Shown one piece after another: positions 1 through 9,587 of a stretch of DNA of 64,000 nucleotides. The notes beneath the pieces are model-generated. The model had not been told where the DNA came from. It made no database searches and was given only the letters and a program-made list of their open reading frames with translations. Position 1 is the stretch's first letter. Each line of letters opens with the position of its first letter. The DNA is taken from the IMG/VR virus record IMGVR_UViG_2703718772_000011; one strand, given 5' to 3'. Origin of the DNA: a virus (taxonomy: Duplodnaviria > Heunggongvirae > Uroviricota > Caudoviricetes). The position numbers were made by a program, and so were the translations under genes.

Positions 1-202
1 TTGACGTAGTGAACGAGGACGTTTAGTTGCAGAAGTGAAATAGGTTTGACGTGCCATGTGGACTCCATCCAGTGTCAGAAAGAGTTGCGGCTGGCGATTG
101 CCAGCCGCCTTTCTCGTTCCATCCTGGAACTGTGTCTTACCGACACATTGTCATCCTGACGCCGATAAGATACATGATTTAAAATGATAGGTAAACACTT
201 AC

Positions 203-847
203 TTACTGCTTGTTGTAAACAAAACCAATATCTTTCTTGTGAGGCATATCTGCTGCGGAAAAAGCTGCGATCTTCGCGAGTCGATCACATATTTCATTTT
301 CACGATGCCCGGCGTGACCTTTAACCCACTTCCAGCGAACATTATGTCGACTTGCAGCCTCATCCAGACGCTTCCACAGATCAACATTCTTTACCGGTTT
401 TTTGTCAGAAGTCACCCATCCATTGCGTTTCCACCATTTCATCCACTGTGTCATGCCGTTTTTCAGATACTGGCTATCAGAGTGCAAAATAACGTTGCAT
501 GGATATTTCAAACGCTCCAGCCCGATAAGTGCCCCCATCATCTCCATGCGGTTATTGGTGGTGCTATGAAAACCATCTGAGAACTCGCGTTCCTCACCAC
601 GATACTGGAGAACTATACCGTAACCGCCCGGGCCACCCGGATTTTTAAGGCAAGAGCCATCACTGAAGATTTTCACGGTTTTAAGCTGGGGATTGAACTC
701 TACGACAGGCGTTGTGGAATTGGTGCGGGGAGAATTTTTGTTTTTGGCTTTTTTGCGAGTTTTTTCTTGCGATCGGGCTGGTGTCTTCGTCGTCATATAA
801 ACTCCTGAATCAAGCGCCGCGCCGATTTTTTCCTCGCGCGTGCGCAC
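203..847 (-). CDS. rnhA: Ribonuclease HI
   Basis: Translation closely parallels E. coli RNase HI ([51 protein letters not shown]). Basic N-terminal extension; true start may be the internal Met near 796. Confidence 0.9.
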   Translation of the reverse strand: MRTREEKIGAALDSGVYMTTKTPARSQEKTRKKAKNKNSPRTNSTTPVVEFNPQLKTVKIFSDGSCLKNPGGPGGYGIVLQYRGEEREFSDGFHSTTNNRMEMMGALIGLERLKYPCNVILHSDSQYLKNGMTQWMKWWKRNGWVTSDKKPVKNVDLWKRLDEAASRHNVRWKWVKGHAGHRENEICDRLAKIAAFSAADMPHKKDIGFVYNKQ

Positions 848-1379
848 ACGCGTGCGTGTTAATAATTATTAAAATAAACAAATTACTTCCCAGAACAGGT
901 TTTTATAAACCTGAACTGAACGAACGAAGTGAGTGAAGTTCACCTCGAACGAAGTGAGAGGTTGTCTTTTCAGGTAATACTCTCCCAGGGAGGTGAGTAT
1001 AAAAATCCCTCACCAACCTGGTCGTTTCATAACCTGAAAAGTTATGGCCTAAGTCTACTGCCAGCTTAGACTTGGGAAGTTATGGATGACAGCACCCCAG
1101 AACCGAGATCTTCCCACACTTTATGAAGGGGAGTACTGGATTCAACCTCTCGAAACACCCCAGACTCGACAATCATAAAGTGACCCTTGTCTCCGCTCAC
1201 TTTGGTTCCCCCTTCCCCGACACCTAAACGGCACCGGTTCTACGCTGGTAGTGAGCTTTTTTAAACCTGACGCCAGTGACGCTTACCCCCACCCATCAGG
1301 TCGAGTCTCCAGTCTACGACTGGAAACTATCAGATCTTAGCACTTACAATTCACTTTATGAATAGTTTGTACTTATCTA

Positions 1380-1634
1380 TCATTTCGATTGATTATTTTC
1401 TCGACCATGTAGTTGAACATTCAAGGCAAACACCTCGTTAATCAACTCACCTAAAAGCTGTTCAACAAGTTCGCGATGCTCCCCAAGATGCAAGCACTTA
1501 ATTGCCCATTCGTACAAGTTGAAAGCCTGCTCGCGATCTTTCATCATTTCACGGGCCTGGGCCAGAAAATCGCTCTCTACGAGCGCAACGACATTAGTCG
1601 GGTATGACATGTTAGTTTCCTTAAAGTGATTCAT
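1380..1634 (-). CDS. hypothetical protein (84 aa)
   Basis: ORF in co-directional gene array; no recognisable motif. Confidence 0.45.
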   Translation of the reverse strand: MNHFKETNMSYPTNVVALVESDFLAQAREMMKDREQAFNLYEWAIKCLHLGEHRELVEQLLGELINEVFALNVQLHGRENNQSK

Positions 1635-1715
1635 AAAATCGATTTTAAAGCGTCTGGGAAGGGGTTCTAGTGGATTCTGTAGTGATGTTCAGGTCTGGAG
1701 TCTCTGATACAAAAC

Positions 1716-1776
1716 AGCCTGCTTCCGTATATTAATAATTAATATGTAGTTATTTATATATATACAGAAGCAGGCT
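1716..1776. repeat. 17-bp inverted repeat with AT-rich loop (agcctgcttccgtatat ... atatacagaagcaggct), copy 1 of 2
   Basis: Read directly; arms near-identical to the element at 48093..48147. Confidence 0.8.
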
Positions 1777-1797
1777 AATTACAGACGCCAGAACAAA

Positions 1798-2391
1798 CTA
1801 AGCAGCCTTCTTTGATGGTCTTTTTTTCCTGATCACATTCGCAGGATCATACCCTCCCAGACTTTTCATGACGTCCAAAGGGATCTTGCTTATAGAGTGC
1901 CCAGCGTCCTGACAGAATCCTCGAAAAACAACGAGCATACTGCCACCTGGGTTGATGTTTACTTCTACCTGACCCAGATTGACGTCAGGCTCGACAAACG
2001 CTACGCGGCCACCAGACAGAATAATCGTCTCATTCGCACACTCTGTTGCACGCTCATACCACTTTGTATCTAGGGATTGAGGAATTAGCATCACTGTTGT
2101 AACTCCGCGAGCCTGCTCACGTATAGCCGCATCAATCCAGGGGGAGATTTTGGAGTAGGGGGGATTGAGGAAGGCAATTGTACCTGGCTGTCCCCATTCA
2201 GATTTCAAAGCATCACGCTCAACGCCTATGAAATTAGGCAGCTTTGCATTGTCCTTGTTGCAGGCAACGTCAACATCAAATGTCACCCCAAGATAACGTT
2301 GAATGGCAGAAAACAGCCAGTCAGGTGTTCTCCAGAGGTCACGAAGAGAGTTGTCGCGCTTTCGCTGTTTGATTTTTTCGGCTGCAATCAT
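1798..2391 (-). CDS. dam: DNA N6-adenine methyltransferase (phage Dam-like)
   Basis: FLNPPYS catalytic NPPY motif; size and layout typical of phage Dam-family MTases. Confidence 0.8.
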   Translation of the reverse strand: MIAAEKIKQRKRDNSLRDLWRTPDWLFSAIQRYLGVTFDVDVACNKDNAKLPNFIGVERDALKSEWGQPGTIAFLNPPYSKISPWIDAAIREQARGVTTVMLIPQSLDTKWYERATECANETIILSGGRVAFVEPDVNLGQVEVNINPGGSMLVVFRGFCQDAGHSISKIPLDVMKSLGGYDPANVIRKKRPSKKAA

Positions 2392-2574
2392 CTTCTTTCT
2401 CGATAGGTAAGTAAATACCTATTTTTGCATTTGATTTTATGTCTGGCAATCAAATAAAACGCGCCAGAAATGCAAACGAGAAGCTCTCTGGCGCGTTTTT
2501 GTGGTGCTGGGTATGTGATTGGCTTGCCCAGCACTATAAAGCTCTCTATGGGCTTTATTTTCAGTAGGGGAACG

Positions 2575-3384
2575 TCATCCAATAGTGTACTCCGCGACAA
2601 ACTTCTTAACGATCGGTGATTCTTCGTTCAATGTTAGATTTCCACCGTCTCTAACGGCAATTCCTGTCGCTGGAAATACAGCCATCATTTGCCCAGCCTG
2701 AGTTGACGCAGTGTTAAGCGGATACGGTTTTTCTGGATTGCTCATTAAAGCAATCTTAATACTATTACTTGTAGCCTTCTTTTCTGTGAGAAGGTGTCTC
2801 ATGGAAATTACCGTGTAAACACTAATATCTGGACCTCCGCTAAACCAATTAAGAAGGTTTAATATCTTATCCTTTGCTTTGACAGGCGCGTTATCGTAAG
2901 CGTCTAAGAAAATATCTTTTTCTAAGCCCGCTTTATTGAAAAACGAATCATCTTTATCACTTAAAGTAAAACGAGGACCTCTTGCAGTACGAGCTTTTTT
3001 ATTTGTATTGCTATCATTTGACTGTTGAACTTTTAATTCATCATTAACCTCAACACACTCTTCAACCTCAATAAATCCCAATTGTTCTGGCTCGTTTTCG
3101 GCAGCTTCAACACTTTCAGCGTTAATTACGTTTATAGGCTCATGCGCTAACTCCAACTCATTTAAAGCAGAGCTGAAATCACCTGCTTTTTCTTCATTGA
3201 ACAGTTCTTCGGCAACATCATCAGAACTCATGGCTACGCCAGCATCTAGGCCGAGCTGCAGATCGTCAATATCATCAGTATTTTCAACCTGTGCAGCTTT
3301 TTTTACTGGTTCATCAAGTGATTGCAACATGGCTGTCAGCTCGTCCAGATCATCATTTGTCATTACATTTTCAACCGAACTCAT
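2575..3384 (-). CDS. acidic hypothetical protein (269 aa)
   Basis: Long ORF with strongly acidic N-terminal half (D/E-rich); function unknown. Confidence 0.6.
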   Translation of the reverse strand: MSSVENVMTNDDLDELTAMLQSLDEPVKKAAQVENTDDIDDLQLGLDAGVAMSSDDVAEELFNEEKAGDFSSALNELELAHEPINVINAESVEAAENEPEQLGFIEVEECVEVNDELKVQQSNDSNTNKKARTARGPRFTLSDKDDSFFNKAGLEKDIFLDAYDNAPVKAKDKILNLLNWFSGGPDISVYTVISMRHLLTEKKATSNSIKIALMSNPEKPYPLNTASTQAGQMMAVFPATGIAVRDGGNLTLNEESPIVKKFVAEYTIG

Positions 3385-3542
3385 GTAAGTCTCCTTCTGT
3401 TTGGTTACATTTGCGTTTCGATGGCTACATTTTGACTAAACCTATCAGGCGGAAAAGTATTAAATACAGGCAGGAAATGATTGAAAGGCGACTGTTCTTT
3501 AAAAGAAAGCCTACTTTAAACTTTTTAAAGTAGGCTTTTGTT

Positions 3543-4100
3543 TTACACAATTTCAGAGGGTAATTTAAAAAATCCGTACTTATTACGTGCCTTAAAGAAG
3601 CATTGCATCATTAAGTTTGTGTCATATAAGGCACTATGTGCTTTGGCATGATCGTATATAAAGCCAAGAGAGAAGGCCAACTCTTCAAGGCGGGGACGTT
3701 TACCGTCTTCTGTGGCCCACAATCCCGATAACATAGTATCTATAACAGGAACTTCTGGCAGTCTTACTCCATACCCTGAAAACTCGTGTCGAATAAATGG
3801 TATATCAAATGCTTCGCCGTTATGAGCAACCCACACACTACATGCCCCCATATAAGCGCCAATTTCGCTGGCATGATTTGACAACAAAGGTTCAGCTGCG
3901 AGCTGTTCCAATGAAATGCCATGAACGGCTTGAGCTTTCGGATCTATGTTTCTGCGAGGGTTAAAACGCATCTCCAGACTATCAATATGTCTCTGTGTCT
4001 CCAGTTCATAGCGGGTAATTGCGATTTCAATAATTTTATGACCAGCAAGGAAATCCAGTCCCGTAGACTCGATATCGATGCCTGCAACAATCGTTGTCAT
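3543..4100 (-). CDS. DEDDh 3'-5' exonuclease (DnaQ/epsilon-like)
   Basis: Exo I motif GIDIESTGL, later H-x4-D (HSALYD); DnaQ-like fold expected. Confidence 0.8.
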   Translation of the reverse strand: MTTIVAGIDIESTGLDFLAGHKIIEIAITRYELETQRHIDSLEMRFNPRRNIDPKAQAVHGISLEQLAAEPLLSNHASEIGAYMGACSVWVAHNGEAFDIPFIRHEFSGYGVRLPEVPVIDTMLSGLWATEDGKRPRLEELAFSLGFIYDHAKAHSALYDTNLMMQCFFKARNKYGFFKLPSEIV

Positions 4101-4109
4101 CAGAACTCC

Positions 4110-4529
4110 TTACAACTTCTTAGCGCCCTTAAGTAGTGCGCTACGTACAAATTGAGCCGCTTTTTTCAAAGTTTCTTCACTGGTTTCACAGACAATCGGA
4201 TCTTTCCACTTACCTGACACAGTGTTGAGAATATTGATTTGGTTGCTATCCAGACAAACAGAGATATAAAGCACCGTGCCACCAGCCAGTATCAAATGCA
4301 TAGGAAACAGAGGCTTTTTACTGCCTTCACTGAACTGAGACATGGCGATGTTAATGGCTTCACCCACTTGTGTACCAACAAGCCCCTGCGCAGTTTCGAA
4401 TATGGCACGAATAGCCAGACGAGCCTCTCGATCGCTCATAAGCGACCGGGAATGTTCGTCCGCTACACGAATCAAAGCCTCTGTTGTTTTCCGATCCAGT
4501 TCATCTTCAAGCAACATTTCACTAAACAT
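4110..4529 (-). CDS. hypothetical protein (139 aa)
   Basis: ORF in operon context. Confidence 0.5.
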   Translation of the reverse strand: MFSEMLLEDELDRKTTEALIRVADEHSRSLMSDREARLAIRAIFETAQGLVGTQVGEAINIAMSQFSEGSKKPLFPMHLILAGGTVLYISVCLDSNQINILNTVSGKWKDPIVCETSEETLKKAAQFVRSALLKGAKKL

Positions 4530-4590
4530 TTTTTATCCTTAACCCATTTTGAGAGTTTTATTGTCGCAATGTCGAAGAGGCGAACAATTT

Positions 4591-5235
4591 CTAATGAACG
4601 GTCACTCGGCCACAGAACCGGTTTTCTATCTTTTCTACAGCGTTATCTAGCATTCTCATCACTGATCTGGCTCTTGCTTCAACCGTGCGATATCGGTTGG
4701 AAACGACGAAGGTTTGCAGATCTCCCCTTTGCGGATGCAGGTGAATTTTTGTCAGTTCCCCGCACATCAACGCATCAATACGAGCGACATACAGACGGTC
4801 TAATGATGCTCGTTGTGATCGCAAGTAATCTCGCTCTGAGAGAGCGACTCCCGGGCGTAAGCCAGCAATGGCGTTAAAGTTTGAAATAGCAGTTTTGTGG
4901 CAAAACTTTTCGATATCGAGGGCTAACTCAATACACCGATCTTCATTTGTATGGCCGACCAAATCCAACGTGTAGGCCATAACATCAGCAGGTGTGCGAT
5001 CGATAACAAAGCCTTCAACACCACGCGTAAGTAGCTCTATATGCTTTGCTATTTCCATTTGAATCTGAAGCCGCTCATATAGAGGCATAGAATCACCTAC
5101 TCGAACACCGAGGCGGCTCATCAAACTTCCGACACCAGCATCCACGTAAGGGATTCCGTAATGTTTGTCGATATATTTAGCCAGGGTTGTTTTCCCACTG
5201 CCCTGAGCACCAGTGATCCCAATCCGGTAATCCAT
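4591..5235 (-). CDS. P-loop nucleotide/nucleoside kinase-like protein (putative dNMP kinase)
   Basis: N-terminal Walker A GITGAQGSGKTT; sits among dNTP-synthesis genes. Confidence 0.55.
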   Translation of the reverse strand: MDYRIGITGAQGSGKTTLAKYIDKHYGIPYVDAGVGSLMSRLGVRVGDSMPLYERLQIQMEIAKHIELLTRGVEGFVIDRTPADVMAYTLDLVGHTNEDRCIELALDIEKFCHKTAISNFNAIAGLRPGVALSERDYLRSQRASLDRLYVARIDALMCGELTKIHLHPQRGDLQTFVVSNRYRTVEARARSVMRMLDNAVEKIENRFCGRVTVH

Positions 5236-5711
5236 TACGACCTTCTGTATACGATCTGCGAAAAGCCAGGCTCTTCCTCGCTGGCTCGTTGGGTATAAGC
5301 TGTTTCAACAGGCACAAAGCCTAAATTACGCATCATGCTTGCCGGGAAGAATGCATCGGCGTTTGGCACATCAACGCCGATGTGGGAGAGCCAAATCTCT
5401 TCAACATGCGGCATGAATAGCGAGTAAATTTGTTCCCCGCCAATCACCCACACAGGCTCTGGTAATCGCAACACATCATCCACACCAGCAGGATAGAATC
5501 CATTTGGTACAAAGCCATGAGAGCGCGTCAAAACGAGGTTATGACGCTCTGGAAGAGGGCGTTTGAGACTTTCCATCGTTTTACGCCCCATAACGACAGT
5601 GGCGTTTTTGGTGAGTCTCTTAAATAGCTTCAGATCGGTAGAACAACGCCAGGGCAGTTCGTTCGCTATGCCGATCTCATAGTTACGGCCAACAGCAGCT
5701 ATCATCTTCAT
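5235..5711 (-). CDS. folA: dihydrofolate reductase
   Basis: Collinear with E. coli FolA (IAAVGRNYEIG..LPW, VVMGRKT.ES, VIGGEQIY). Confidence 0.85.
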   Translation of the reverse strand: MKMIAAVGRNYEIGIANELPWRCSTDLKLFKRLTKNATVVMGRKTMESLKRPLPERHNLVLTRSHGFVPNGFYPAGVDDVLRLPEPVWVIGGEQIYSLFMPHVEEIWLSHIGVDVPNADAFFPASMMRNLGFVPVETAYTQRASEEEPGFSQIVYRRS

Positions 5712-6121
5712 TTGCTCACCTCATAGATGACCGGTCTATGATGAGAGTCAGCTAAAGCGGCACGGAGTCGAGGATCGTGCACCAGCGCAGCGATAAGCAG
5801 ATCGCCTTTATGCTCCGCTAATGTGCGCTTAATATGCTTCTCATAACTGGTGCCATTCGGTACGAGATGAAGCCAGTCATAATCAACGCCAAAATCTTTC
5901 AGCCATCGTTTAGTTGGCGCTTCAAGAGTTTCAGAGCGGCTACTGATAAGCACCACTTCAGCCCCTGAGCGAGCAAAACCACGCAACATACGGCTGGTGG
6001 GGAAAATGAGTTCATCACCGGCAATGAGCTGGCCTGCATCCGCGTCAGATACTGATTTACGATGGCTGGCATTTGCCAGCACACCTTCAATTTCGCATAA
6101 GACATACATACCTCTTGCCAT
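5708..6121 (-). CDS. hypothetical protein (possible HAD-like phosphatase)
   Basis: ORF between thyA and folA; start placed at the Met (MARGMYVLCEIEGVL) immediately after the thyA stop; motif only loosely HAD-like. Confidence 0.45.
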   Translation of the reverse strand: MARGMYVLCEIEGVLANASHRKSVSDADAGQLIAGDELIFPTSRMLRGFARSGAEVVLISSRSETLEAPTKRWLKDFGVDYDWLHLVPNGTSYEKHIKRTLAEHKGDLLIAALVHDPRLRAALADSHHRPVIYEVSK

Positions 6122-6122
6122 A

Positions 6123-7253
6123 TCACACCGCCACTGGAACCTTGATCCACGATAGAGGGTCATAGCCAAGAATTAAAACCTCGTCCCATTTGAAATCATC
6201 CAACTCTGACCATTCATGAGGGAAAATAACGACCGGATCTGAATGCTCTGGAGCCTGTCGTTTCATTAGCTCACACACACCTTCCATGTGGTTGTTGTAC
6301 AAATGCACGTCAAAGCCAAAATGCACAAATGCACCGGCCATGTGACCCGTAATCTTCGCGAGAAAATGAGTGAGAATGCCATAGCCAGCAATATTGAATG
6401 GCATACCAACAAAAGTGTCTACGCTACGCTGTACGAGGCAGGAGTTGAGGATGCGTTTGGGGATTCCAAGTTCATCCAGTTCAGCTTCAGTAACACTGCC
6501 GTCCATCTCCAGATCGTATAGCATCTTGGTGTAGATAGACTCGTAACCGAGGCGACTGTGTTGAAGACCAATGTCAGTTGCCATCGTTAAACGGGTTTCA
6601 AAATCCAGCTCACGACTCCACAAAGAGAAGACAAAGTGGCAAGGTGGCAGTTTCATATCCTCAAGCTCGCCTACGTTCCATGCGTTAAGCATGATGCGAC
6701 GATCGGTAGGGTTCGTGCGCAGTGTATCGACAATACGCTGTAGCTGATCGATTTCACGGGACAGCACTACGCGATCTTCACTGATACCCAGGTATCCCTC
6801 GACTTTGTACCCGCGTTCACGGAAAGTAGCGATCTTGCTCAGATATTCACTATGGCTCACGATGCGGGTATCTTCCCATCGACGCCACTGCTTACCGTAA
6901 ACCGGCCCCAAATCGCCATTCTCATCGGCCCATGCATCCCAAATCTTAACGCCGTTATCCTTGAGAAATTGGATGTTGCCCGTGCCTTTCAGATACCACT
7001 CAAGTTCGACAAGCAGTGGCTTAAGATTTACCGCCTTTCCAGAAATAAGCGGCACAGTCCCACCAGTAAGCATGTAGTAAGAGGGAACGTAGCAGGTGCT
7101 TAAAGTACCAGTGCCTGTGCGATCATCAGCCTGCACGCCGCTTTTAAGCACCGTCTCAATAACTTTTGCATACGATGCGTTTGTTACCTGACCGTTCGTA
7201 TGCTCACGATTCAAAAGGAGTGACACAAAAACCTCACAAAGATAAGTAACCAC
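6123..7253 (-). CDS. thyA: thymidylate synthase (ThyA family) with internal insertion
   Basis: DRTGTGT, WADENGDLGPVYGKQWR, LPPCH, MPFNIA motifs. About 45 extra residues between the PPCH and PFNIA motifs relative to E. coli ThyA. ORF begins with GTG; true start uncertain. Confidence 0.9.
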   Translation of the reverse strand: MVTYLCEVFVSLLLNREHTNGQVTNASYAKVIETVLKSGVQADDRTGTGTLSTCYVPSYYMLTGGTVPLISGKAVNLKPLLVELEWYLKGTGNIQFLKDNGVKIWDAWADENGDLGPVYGKQWRRWEDTRIVSHSEYLSKIATFRERGYKVEGYLGISEDRVVLSREIDQLQRIVDTLRTNPTDRRIMLNAWNVGELEDMKLPPCHFVFSLWSRELDFETRLTMATDIGLQHSRLGYESIYTKMLYDLEMDGSVTEAELDELGIPKRILNSCLVQRSVDTFVGMPFNIAGYGILTHFLAKITGHMAGAFVHFGFDVHLYNNHMEGVCELMKRQAPEHSDPVVIFPHEWSELDDFKWDEVLILGYDPLSWIKVPVAV

Positions 7254-7311
7254 TTATTCATTGCGTGAGTTTACATTTATTGAGAGAACAAGACCAGACA
7301 GATAAAAAAAT

Positions 7312-7345
7312 GGTGGCCATAGGCCACCAAAAACGAATAGTTGTT
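7312..7345. terminator. bidirectional rho-independent terminator (tggtggcc-ata-ggccacca flanked by A/T runs)
   Basis: Perfect 8-bp stem with A7 upstream and A-run downstream. Confidence 0.6.
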
Positions 7346-7397
7346 TCAGAAATTTAACGCGCCAACGCAATATACACAGATAGATAACTACCTACAA

Positions 7398-8267
7398 TTA
7401 TTTTTTGATCATTCCGTACATTGCTGAGGCTTTAGCTTGCTCAACAAAGGAGGATAAATCGACATCACTATAGGTTGGAGACTTCAGAATCTTTCCATCG
7501 GAAATTCGAAAACCGATCATCTTATCGGTGCCATCAGCATGGCGGAATCCCAGATCTGAAGAGTCGTATTTGCAGTTGGCCACAGCCTGGCGACGTTCCT
7601 CAACATCAGCAGGCCATAATTTTGTCATGTTAGACCGATGAATTTCGCCAACCAGCTCGACTACATTGATACCGAGGAAATCAGCCAGTCGATAGGTCAT
7701 CATGCACGCCACATAGATTTTGTTCATGACACGGCGCAGTTCCTGAATCAGCTCAGAATCCTTAACAGTCTTGTTCTCAAGTTTATCTGCCAGCTCTTCG
7801 AGCATACATGACGCCTCACGAGCTTCCTGAAATGGCATTGCCATATCATCGAAAACAGTGTTACCGGGCACAAAAATTGTCTGCATAAAGCGATCAATGC
7901 TCTGTTCCTGCGTGTAATAGGTCATGCCGGTAGAAATACCACCTTTGATGGCGACCATCGTACCAACACCAACGTATAAAAAGTCGGCCATTGCATCCAG
8001 CAGTTGCTCAATATCCCCATTCATTGCGGCTGGAATACCTTCCACTACAGCTTCTTCATGAATCAGGCTTGCACGGAGACGAAGCAGCTCTGGTGTCGGC
8101 ATAACGCGTCTCGGATGCTGGAAGAGTTCATGAAACTGATCGACCATCTTGTAAATACTTTCAGTAGCTACACCATGACCTTCATGCAACTCATATGGTT
8201 CTGGCTTAAATCCAATGAGACGATCGGTGGCAAGTTTCAGGTGGTCAGTCAGTTTGGTAAAGTTCAT
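7398..8267 (-). CDS. hypothetical protein (possibly all-alpha NTP pyrophosphohydrolase-like)
   Basis: Start moved to the internal Met (MNFTKLTDHL) preceded by an AGGAA RBS and lying after the nrdB stop; several E-x-x-E stretches; function unverified. Confidence 0.5.
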   Translation of the reverse strand: MNFTKLTDHLKLATDRLIGFKPEPYELHEGHGVATESIYKMVDQFHELFQHPRRVMPTPELLRLRASLIHEEAVVEGIPAAMNGDIEQLLDAMADFLYVGVGTMVAIKGGISTGMTYYTQEQSIDRFMQTIFVPGNTVFDDMAMPFQEAREASCMLEELADKLENKTVKDSELIQELRRVMNKIYVACMMTYRLADFLGINVVELVGEIHRSNMTKLWPADVEERRQAVANCKYDSSDLGFRHADGTDKMIGFRISDGKILKSPTYSDVDLSSFVEQAKASAMYGMIKK

Positions 8268-8344
8268 GCTAGTTTTGTTCCTTCTTAATTCTTGTGATCC
8301 ATTGTGGCCCAGCGTTGCCAGGCCACATAATGCTTTGTATCGGT

Positions 8345-9487
8345 TTACAGGTCTGCAAACTGGCTTAGAGAAGCCTTGTCCACGGTAGAATCGATCTGAC
8401 CTACCAGATATGTGCTTTGCTCTGCCTCTTGTGGTGCAATTTGCAGTGTGTCGGTTAACAACCACTTGTTCATCCAGACCAGCGGATCAGTGGTAACTTC
8501 TGGAAATAAAGCCTTCAGGCCAAGACGATTCATAGCCAGATTGGTGCGGTATTTTACATAGGTCTTCAGAATATCCGCGTTTAAACCAATCATCGAACCG
8601 TCTTTGAAGAGATAGTCTGCCCAGTTCATTTCTTGTTCGGCGACTGATTTCATGGTGTCGTAAATGACGTTTTCTTCATCAGCAGCAATCTCTTTCCACA
8701 ATAAACCTTCGCGACCGGTACGCATGAAGCGGATCATGCGTTCAGTTCCTTCGCAATGCAGAGCTTCATCACGGGCAATAAAGCGCATAATTTTGGTGTT
8801 ACCCTCAAGCAACTTCCGTTCGCCAAAGGCAAACGTACATGCAAAACTTACATAGAAACGGATCGCCTCAAGCGCATTAATGGACACCAACGTGCGGAAA
8901 AGCTGACGGTGCAAAGGGTATGGCTCCCAGCCATATTCATTTACGTACAGACGTTCAAACTCTTTCTCACCTAACGACTGGCGCTCGCAGGTCATCCCAT
9001 AAAGCCTGTCATATTCAGCAGAGATACTGATCGCTCGGTTGATGATTTCTTCATCCGTAACAATACCGTCAAAAACAATACTCGGATCGTCCACCATGCC
9101 ACGAATAATGTGGGTGTAGCTGCGGCTATGGATAGTCTCAGAGAAAGACCATGTTTCAACCCACGTTTCCAGTTCAGGAATAGAGATAAGCGGCAGAAGC
9201 GTTGCATTTGGGCTACGTCCCTGAACTGAATCGAGTAACGTTTGATAACGGAGATTGCTCAGAAAAATGTGACGTTCGTGGTCCCGCAGCTTCGTGTTGA
9301 AGTCGATACGATCACTCGAAATATCAACTTCTTCCGGCCGCCAGAAGAAAGACAATTGACGTTCAATCAACTTTTCAAAATCACGGTATTTTTGCTGATC
9401 GTAACGTGCCACGTTGACAGATTGTCCGAGGAACATAGGCTCTTTGGTTGCATCATTAGCACCCAAACGGAACGTTGAATATGACAT
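8345..9487 (-). CDS. nrdB: ribonucleotide reductase class Ia beta subunit
   Basis: Near-collinear with E. coli NrdB ([53 protein letters not shown]). Confidence 0.95.
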   Translation of the reverse strand: MSYSTFRLGANDATKEPMFLGQSVNVARYDQQKYRDFEKLIERQLSFFWRPEEVDISSDRIDFNTKLRDHERHIFLSNLRYQTLLDSVQGRSPNATLLPLISIPELETWVETWSFSETIHSRSYTHIIRGMVDDPSIVFDGIVTDEEIINRAISISAEYDRLYGMTCERQSLGEKEFERLYVNEYGWEPYPLHRQLFRTLVSINALEAIRFYVSFACTFAFGERKLLEGNTKIMRFIARDEALHCEGTERMIRFMRTGREGLLWKEIAADEENVIYDTMKSVAEQEMNWADYLFKDGSMIGLNADILKTYVKYRTNLAMNRLGLKALFPEVTTDPLVWMNKWLLTDTLQIAPQEAEQSTYLVGQIDSTVDKASLSQFADL

Positions 9488-9587
9488 GTGTTTTTCCTTT
9501 TTTGATGTGTTTAAACAAGTTGTTATCTTATGTGTTTAAACAAGGCTTACAAATCAAAGATAAGGTGGGGATATACCCCACCATATG

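Noticed and set aside
2388-2600. ORF 2388..2600 (70 aa)
   Set aside because: Covers the intergenic promoter region containing the ATAGGTA...TACCTAT palindrome and overlaps both neighbouring genes; likely not coding.
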